This document shows positions 58,402 to 64,000 of a stretch of DNA of 64,000 bases, one piece after another. Source of the DNA: Nitrospinaceae bacterium. GTDB lineage: Bacteria > Nitrospinota > Nitrospinia > Nitrospinales > VA-1. The position numbers and the translations under genes are program-made. The notes beneath the pieces are model-generated. The model saw only the letters and a list, made by a program, of their open reading frames with translations. It made no database searches and was not told the DNA's origin. Position 1 is the first letter of the stretch; each line of letters opens with the position of its first letter. Location of the stretch: contig JBHHVU010000005.1 of the NCBI GenBank assembly GCA_046754465.1, positions 1 through 64,000 of the forward strand, read 5' to 3'.

Positions 58402-59064
58402 CTATTCGCTCCCTGCGGGGCGAGGGATAAGCCGTTTCAACTCGGCGAGGTCACCGATGATCCAATTGGGCCGGGCGGCTTGAAGGGCCACGGTATCGCC
58501 CATGCCGTAGGTCACGGCGCAGGTGAGCACCCGGGCGTTCTTCCCGGTCTCGATGTCCAGGGGACTGTCTCCCACGATCAACACCTCGCCCGGTTCCAGG
58601 CCAAATTTCCGTATCAAGTGGCGGAGTCCCTGGGGATCGGGTTTCCGCGTCGGAAAACTGTCGCCGCCGATAATGGCCTGGAAAGGATCGAGGCAGTCCA
58701 GGTTTTCCAGGATTTTCCGCACGAAATCCTCGGGTTTGTTGGAGCAGATCGCCTGGTTTTTGTGGGAAAAATACTCGACCGTCTCGCGGCAGTTGGGATA
58801 AAAACGGGTGTGGTCCATGAGGTGACGGGCGTAATGTTCGCGGAATAGCGTCACGGCCTGGCCGATGTCGGTGAACGCCGTGCCGTCGAGGGCTCGGGTC
58901 ATGAGGGTCACCACGCCGCGCCCCACGCAGGTTTGGATGGTTTCCCGGTCCAGGGTGCGCTCGCCAAGTTCCTTCAGGGTCAGGTTGACGGAGGTGGTGA
59001 TGTCGTCGAGAGTGTCAACCAGGGTGCCGTCGAAATCGTAAACGATGAGCGAGATTTTCTTCAT
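58402..59064 (-). CDS. HAD-IA hydrolase (phosphoglycolate phosphatase-like)
   Basis: YDFDGTLVD, SNK, KPDP, VGDS..D. Confidence 0.88.
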   Translation of the reverse strand: MKKISLIVYDFDGTLVDTLDDITTSVNLTLKELGERTLDRETIQTCVGRGVVTLMTRALDGTAFTDIGQAVTLFREHYARHLMDHTRFYPNCRETVEYFSHKNQAICSNKPEDFVRKILENLDCLDPFQAIIGGDSFPTRKPDPQGLRHLIRKFGLEPGEVLIVGDSPLDIETGKNARVLTCAVTYGMGDTVALQAARPNWIIGDLAELKRLIPRPAGSE

Positions 59065-59191
59065 CGCGGAGCGCCTTTTAAATGAAACCCTCCTCTCGGC
59101 GTGCCTGCCGGCGGGGCTTGTTTGGGGCAAACGAAAAACCGCCGGGACCTAAAGAGGAGGGACGCTCTTTCCCCGGGAAGGGGGAATTCGT

Positions 59192-59503
59192 TCATTCATC
59201 GATGCTGGAGGTAAAACGGTAGGCTTTGACGACATTTTTGTCGTCGAACAGGATCACCAGGTCTTTCGATTGGGTATCATTGAACGCGCTCCACTTGTCA
59301 AACTGGTAAGTCCACATGGTATGGTTGTTTTCCGTTCCTTCCTTGAAGGGGACGCCAAACCAATCCAGAATTTCCGCCTGCGTTGTGGTATTATTCTGGA
59401 TGTTTTTCACCTTGTCGCTGTCGAAGTTCTTGCCCACCGAACCGCAACCGAGACCCCATGCGAAAATCGCGACGGCCCACAGGCAAATCAAAGATTGTTT
59501 CAT
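59192..59503 (-). CDS. SmpA/BamE-like small lipoprotein
   Basis: Lipobox GLGC; TTQAEILDWFGVP..WTY pattern; AGGAGG RBS. Confidence 0.7.
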   Translation of the reverse strand: MKQSLICLWAVAIFAWGLGCGSVGKNFDSDKVKNIQNNTTTQAEILDWFGVPFKEGTENNHTMWTYQFDKWSAFNDTQSKDLVILFDDKNVVKAYRFTSSIDE

Positions 59504-59679
59504 ATTTTCCTCCTTAGGATGATCAGATAGCTTTTTCGATTCGATGTGAATTTGTGGTTAACCGAGGGTTCCCATGAAATCAGGATTGGCGAAAATCAGT
59601 TTACCAGAATCGGAAAAAAAAGTATAACGTAACATTTCCATTCCGGGGAACCACTTTATGTGAAAGGAACAGGCCATTC

Positions 59680-60804
59680 ATGAACAGCGTTCCAAACCCC
59701 GGAAGGGGAAAACTGATTTTGGCGAAAGGGAAAACAGGTTCCCGGGACGAGCCCGCCGCGGCGGTTTTTTCATCTCTCCCGGGCGTTCTTCTTCTGGGCG
59801 CGTTGCTTTTTGCCGGCTGCGCCGGGATCTCCGAGAACATGGGGTTCCCCCCCGCCGCCCCGCCGGCCGGGACGGAACAGGAACCGGCCGCGGCTCCTTC
59901 GGGGAAACCGTTTGTTCCCGACGGTTATTTTGAAAAAACTCCGCCGCTGGGGGAAAAGGGCTACCTGCTCATGCCCCTCGCGCCGGACGTTTATTTCTTC
60001 TCCTCCGGAGTCTACAACACGATGTTCGTTGTGACAACGGAAGGGGTGGTGCTCGTGGACCCGATTCGGGGCCAGGGGGAAAGGATCAAAAGAGCGATCG
60101 GCGAAATCACCAGCCAGCCGGTGCGGTTCATGATTTATTCCCACCCTCATCTTGACCATATTGGAGACGCGCATCTCTTCGCGGGAGACACGCAGATCAT
60201 CGCCCACCGGGAAACCCGGAAACTCCTGGAGTTGTACAAGGACCCGAATCGACCCATCCCGCACATCACCTTCGGAAAAAATTACAGTCTGAGCCTCGGT
60301 GGGATCCAAATTGATCTGATCTATCCCGGCGAAGGCCACGGCAAGGGCAATATCATTATTTATTTGCCGCAACGCAAGGTTTTGATGTATGTCGATGTGG
60401 CCACGCCCCGGGCGGTTCCGTTCAAAAACTTCGTCACCATCAATATCTACAGTCAGATCAAGGGCATCGAGCGGGCCTTGAAACTGGATTTCGACGTGTA
60501 TGTCGCGGGGCATCTCCACCGTCCCGGAAAGAAGAAGGAGATGAAGGAGGTGTTGAAATATTATTTCGCCTCCAAGCGCGCGGATGTTCTAGCCTTGAAA
60601 CGGGTGGCTTTCAAGGACGTCCGCTCCCGCTCCAGAACTCAAGATGTGGAAAGGCTGTTCGGGGAATATTACGAGGCGGTGGCGGAGGAGTGTTACCGGA
60701 TCTTAAAAAAGGATTGGACGAAGCGGTTGATGGGATTTGAGGCTTTTGCGCGGGGCCACTGCGATGTCTGGACTTCGTTCCACCGCACCCACCTCGCCCC
60801 CTAA
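59680..60804 (+). CDS. Metallo-beta-lactamase fold lipoprotein
   Basis: Lipobox FAGC; SHPHLDH (HxHxDH), GH, AGH. Confidence 0.82.
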   Translation: MNSVPNPGRGKLILAKGKTGSRDEPAAAVFSSLPGVLLLGALLFAGCAGISENMGFPPAAPPAGTEQEPAAAPSGKPFVPDGYFEKTPPLGEKGYLLMPLAPDVYFFSSGVYNTMFVVTTEGVVLVDPIRGQGERIKRAIGEITSQPVRFMIYSHPHLDHIGDAHLFAGDTQIIAHRETRKLLELYKDPNRPIPHITFGKNYSLSLGGIQIDLIYPGEGHGKGNIIIYLPQRKVLMYVDVATPRAVPFKNFVTINIYSQIKGIERALKLDFDVYVAGHLHRPGKKKEMKEVLKYYFASKRADVLALKRVAFKDVRSRSRTQDVERLFGEYYEAVAEECYRILKKDWTKRLMGFEAFARGHCDVWTSFHRTHLAP

Positions 60805-60871
60805 GGGCCATCTTCGGATTGGAAACCCCGGACTTTATTATCCGCCGGTCCGATCCTCTTCCTCAAGTTCC

Positions 60872-61885
60872 TCAAGAAGCGTTTTCGATTTGGGCGTACT
60901 CGGCCATGATTTTTTCGGCGTCGGTGTGCGAATGGGCAGGCATGCGGGCACCGAGGTGGCCCACCACTTGGGCCGCGCAATAGGAACCGAGAATGGCCGA
61001 TTCTTTCAGGCCCTGGTTTTGGATGATTCCGTGCAGGGCTCCGGCAGCGAACAAATCGCCGGCGCCGGTGGTATCCACCGGGGTGACGGGAAAAGCGCTA
61101 GTGGCGATTTTGTGTCCCTCGCTGTTTCCCACCCAGGACCCTTGGGACCCGAGGGTGAGGAACACTGTATCCGCCATTGCCTTGAGCTTCTCGAACGCTG
61201 ATTCGATATCGGGGGTGTCCCCCATGGCCAGGGCCTCCACCTCGTTGCAGAACAGGATATCCACGTTCCAGCGGAGGAAGTCGGTGAGGCTGTCCTTGAA
61301 ATGGTTGACCACGAACGCGTCGCTCAGGGTCAAGGCCAGGGGGATGTCATTTTTTTTGGCGATTTCCCCCATTTTTAACGCGGCGGCGCGCGTCTCGCCT
61401 TGGGTCCACAAATACCCTTCGAGGTACACTACGCGCGCGTTGCGGATAACGGTTTCGTCCACGTTGCCGGGGTGAAGCGCCGCCGAAACTCCCAGGTGGG
61501 TGAGCATGGTGCGCTCGGAATCGGGGGTAATGAGAACGACGCAGGTACCGGTTCCGTCCGATTCAGCCCCCGGCCCGGGGAATCCCACCCGGCACACTTT
61601 CATATCCTCCGAGTAATGCCGTCCGTAATTGTCATTGGCGACGCGGCCCAGGTAGTAGGCGCTGGAGCCGAGTACGGAGGCGCCGTGCACGGTGTTGGCG
61701 GCCGACCCGCCGGAAGAGATTTTCCTGGGCCGGTCCGAAAGCGCTTTCAGAATCCGGTCCTGCTCCTCGGAAGTGGACAACGTCATGCCCCCCTTGACCA
61801 CGGAAAGCTCTTCGATGAAGGCATCCTCCACCTTGACTTCGATGTCCACCAAGGCGTTACCGATTCCCACAAGATCGTAATTCAT
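60872..61885 (-). CDS. PfkB family carbohydrate/adenosine kinase
   Basis: GNALVD, GGSAAN, DTTGAGDLFAAG. Confidence 0.9.
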   Translation of the reverse strand: MNYDLVGIGNALVDIEVKVEDAFIEELSVVKGGMTLSTSEEQDRILKALSDRPRKISSGGSAANTVHGASVLGSSAYYLGRVANDNYGRHYSEDMKVCRVGFPGPGAESDGTGTCVVLITPDSERTMLTHLGVSAALHPGNVDETVIRNARVVYLEGYLWTQGETRAAALKMGEIAKKNDIPLALTLSDAFVVNHFKDSLTDFLRWNVDILFCNEVEALAMGDTPDIESAFEKLKAMADTVFLTLGSQGSWVGNSEGHKIATSAFPVTPVDTTGAGDLFAAGALHGIIQNQGLKESAILGSYCAAQVVGHLGARMPAHSHTDAEKIMAEYAQIENAS

Positions 61886-61925
61886 GTGTTATAAAATCTC
61901 CTGTCCGCTGACCGGAAAAAGTGTT

Positions 61926-62462
61926 TCAGGCCCCGCTCCCGGTCCCCGTTTCCTGCCGCCGCTGGATAAACATTTTATATATCAGCGTGGAGAAAACCGT
62001 CACCCCGGCAGCGAAGAAGGACCCGGCGGAAACCTGGGCCACCAGGCCCACGGCCTCTTTTGCCGCGCCGGTCGATCCCATTCCCGGAGCCAGCAAGGCG
62101 GAAAAAAACCAGAACGCCCCGTAACCCAGACTGCCGAACCCGGCGAGAATCGATATCCCCATCTGCAAACGGGGCGGGATTTTGAGCCAGGCAATCAAAA
62201 GCGAAAAGGCAATGGCGATCACGCCCATGGTCTGGGAATGAAAATGGGCCCGTTTCAAATAGGACCAGGATTTGTTCACCACCTTCCTGGCCTTTGACGA
62301 TTTTCCCTGGTACTTATCAGAAAGCACCGAATGGGCCTTGTCTTTCAGGATGCCCTTGATGTCATCCTCGCAGCAACCGAAGGAAAGTCCCAGCGAACCT
62401 CCAAACAAAATCGCGATCATGGCAAGGAGCACGCCGTATTTGATGTAGGTGAAATCGACCAT
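61926..62462 (-). CDS. Hypothetical four-TM membrane protein
   Basis: GGAGG RBS before ATG 62462; hydrophobic helices; RAHFH motif. Confidence 0.7.
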   Translation of the reverse strand: MVDFTYIKYGVLLAMIAILFGGSLGLSFGCCEDDIKGILKDKAHSVLSDKYQGKSSKARKVVNKSWSYLKRAHFHSQTMGVIAIAFSLLIAWLKIPPRLQMGISILAGFGSLGYGAFWFFSALLAPGMGSTGAAKEAVGLVAQVSAGSFFAAGVTVFSTLIYKMFIQRRQETGTGSGA

Positions 62463-62615
62463 GGACAACCTCCGGTAAAAATTTTTTTATTATAACACTC
62501 TTGTCAAGGCACTCCCGCCGCGCGTTCCAGGAAAAGGGTACAAGAAATGAGAGGACTCCTTTATACTATCGAGGCAGGGTACTCAGGTTTCCCCAAACGT
62601 GAACAAAGATTTTTC

Positions 62616-64000
62616 ATGGAGTCTGATAAAATCAAGAAATTGTATTTACCTACCCTTCTCGTTGCCGCATCGCTTTTTTCTTTCCTTCCCGATGCGCTTC
62701 CCGCCCCCCGGCAGACCGCGGCGGACCATTTCCGGAAGAAAATGGAGAACATTCTCGCCCACCCCTGCCTGAAAAATAACCATTACGGGATCGAGGTTTA
62801 TTCCCTGGAAAAAAAGGAGGTCCTTTTCGCCGCGGGGAATGGCGATTTATTCATTCCCGCCTCGAACCTCAAATTGATCACCACGGCGGCGGCCCTGGAA
62901 TATCTTGGGCCGGATTATCGATTTATCACCCGGCTATATTCTCCCGGCCGTCTGGAAGGAGACACCCTTTTCGGCGATCTGTACATCAAGGGATTCGGCG
63001 ACCCCAAGCTGGTCACAGAGCAGATGTGGCTTCTGGTCAACGCCTTGAAGGGCTTTCCCATCAAAAAGATCGTGGGAAACATTCTCGCCGACGACAGTTT
63101 TTTCGATTCCCGGCTCCGGTTAAAAACCTGGGGGAAAAATCCGGGACCCCAGGCCTACAACGCCCCATTGGGGGCTCTATCGTTCAACTTCAACACGGTG
63201 ACGGTTTATATATCTCCCGGGCTTCGGTCCGGGGAGCGGCCCCGGGTGATCGTGGAACCCGATACCCCCTACGTGCGGGTGGACAACCAGGCGCGGACCC
63301 TTGCGCGCGGTGAAAAACCGCGGTTGAGCGTGAATCGGGTTCACCGGGGCGGTCATGATGAGATCACGGTGCGGGGCGGCATTCCCCTGGGCCACTCCCG
63401 GAAAAGATATTTTATAAACATTACGAATCCCACGGAATACACGTTACATGTTTTCCAGGATTATCTGGTTCGCGCCGGCATCGAGGTGGTGGGAAAAACC
63501 GGGCGGGGAACCGTTCCCGGAAACGCCCGCCTTCTGGTCACTCACCGGTCGGAACCCCTGTCCCTGGTTCTTCGGGGATTGAACAAATTCAGCAATAATT
63601 TAATCGCCGAGCAGGTATTGAAAACGATGGCGGCGGAAAGATTCGGTCCGCCGGGAACCACGGAAAACGGATTGAAGATCATCCGCGAATACATGCAGTC
63701 CCTGGGGTACGCGGACGGACAATACCGAATCGTCGATGGCTCCGGCCTGTCCCGCCAGAACCGTTTGTCCCCGGGCGCGATCATCCGGGTTCTGAAACAT
63801 GTGCGAAAAGATCTGAGCCTGTATCCGGAATTTATCTCCGCGCTGGGAGTCATGGGGGTGGATGGTAACGTGAAGAAACGGATGAACGGGGTAAAAAATT
63901 CACAAAGGGCGAGAGTGAAGACGGGAACCCTCAATTCCGTGAGCGCCCTCTCGGGGTACTTTCAATCACGGGACGGCGAGTTGTTCGCTTTTTCAATTCT
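62616..64000 (+). CDS. dacB: D-alanyl-D-alanine carboxypeptidase/endopeptidase PBP4 (peptidase S13), truncated by window end; absent from the ORF track
   Basis: Manual translation from ATG 62616 gives a signal peptide, PASNLK (SxxK), GDP, SNN (SxN), DGSGLSR, KTGTL. Confidence 0.92.
   Translation, partial: MESDKIKKLYLPTLLVAASLFSFLPDALPAPRQTAADHFRKKMENILAHPCLKNNHYGIEVYSLEKKEVLFAAGNGDLFIPASNLKLITTAAALEYLGPDYRFITRLYSPGRLEGDTLFGDLYIKGFGDPKLVTEQMWLLVNALKGFPIKKIVGNILADDSFFDSRLRLKTWGKNPGPQAYNAPLGALSFNFNTVTVYISPGLRSGERPRVIVEPDTPYVRVDNQARTLARGEKPRLSVNRVHRGGHDEITVRGGIPLGHSRKRYFINITNPTEYTLHVFQDYLVRAGIEVVGKTGRGTVPGNARLLVTHRSEPLSLVLRGLNKFSNNLIAEQVLKTMAAERFGPPGTTENGLKIIREYMQSLGYADGQYRIVDGSGLSRQNRLSPGAIIRVLKHVRKDLSLYPEFISALGVMGVDGNVKKRMNGVKNSQRARVKTGTLNSVSALSGYFQSRDGELFAFSI

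Overview
GC-rich bacterial chromosomal window, mostly housekeeping. The gene content looks Nitrospinota/deltaproteobacteria-like, which is an impression and not verified. Recognised genes: pstSCAB-like ABC transporter, gnd-zwf-pgl, miaA, trmN6-like, ntrBC-like, ilvE, tRNA-Lys and tRNA-Glu, guaB-guaA, purSQLF, mpl and a partial dacB, plus many TPR/Sel1 and redox proteins. Most unusual observations: (1) the 5' end of a group IIC intron directly behind an intrinsic terminator at the left edge; (2) MiaA fused in frame, through an internal signal/TM segment, to a TPR-lytic transglycosylase; (3) an ArsR / ECF sigma / zinc anti-sigma / Cys-rich ArsM-like / TAT molybdoenzyme locus; (4) a diverged ~100 bp structured direct repeat with a compensatory base change flanking gnd-zwf-pgl; (5) a structured intergenic element with mutually exclusive helices; (6) two apparent pseudo-enzymes (an M14 peptidase and a radical SAM-like protein); (7) mobile-element debris after tRNA-Glu. 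All calls come from reading motifs by eye; no database searches were run.
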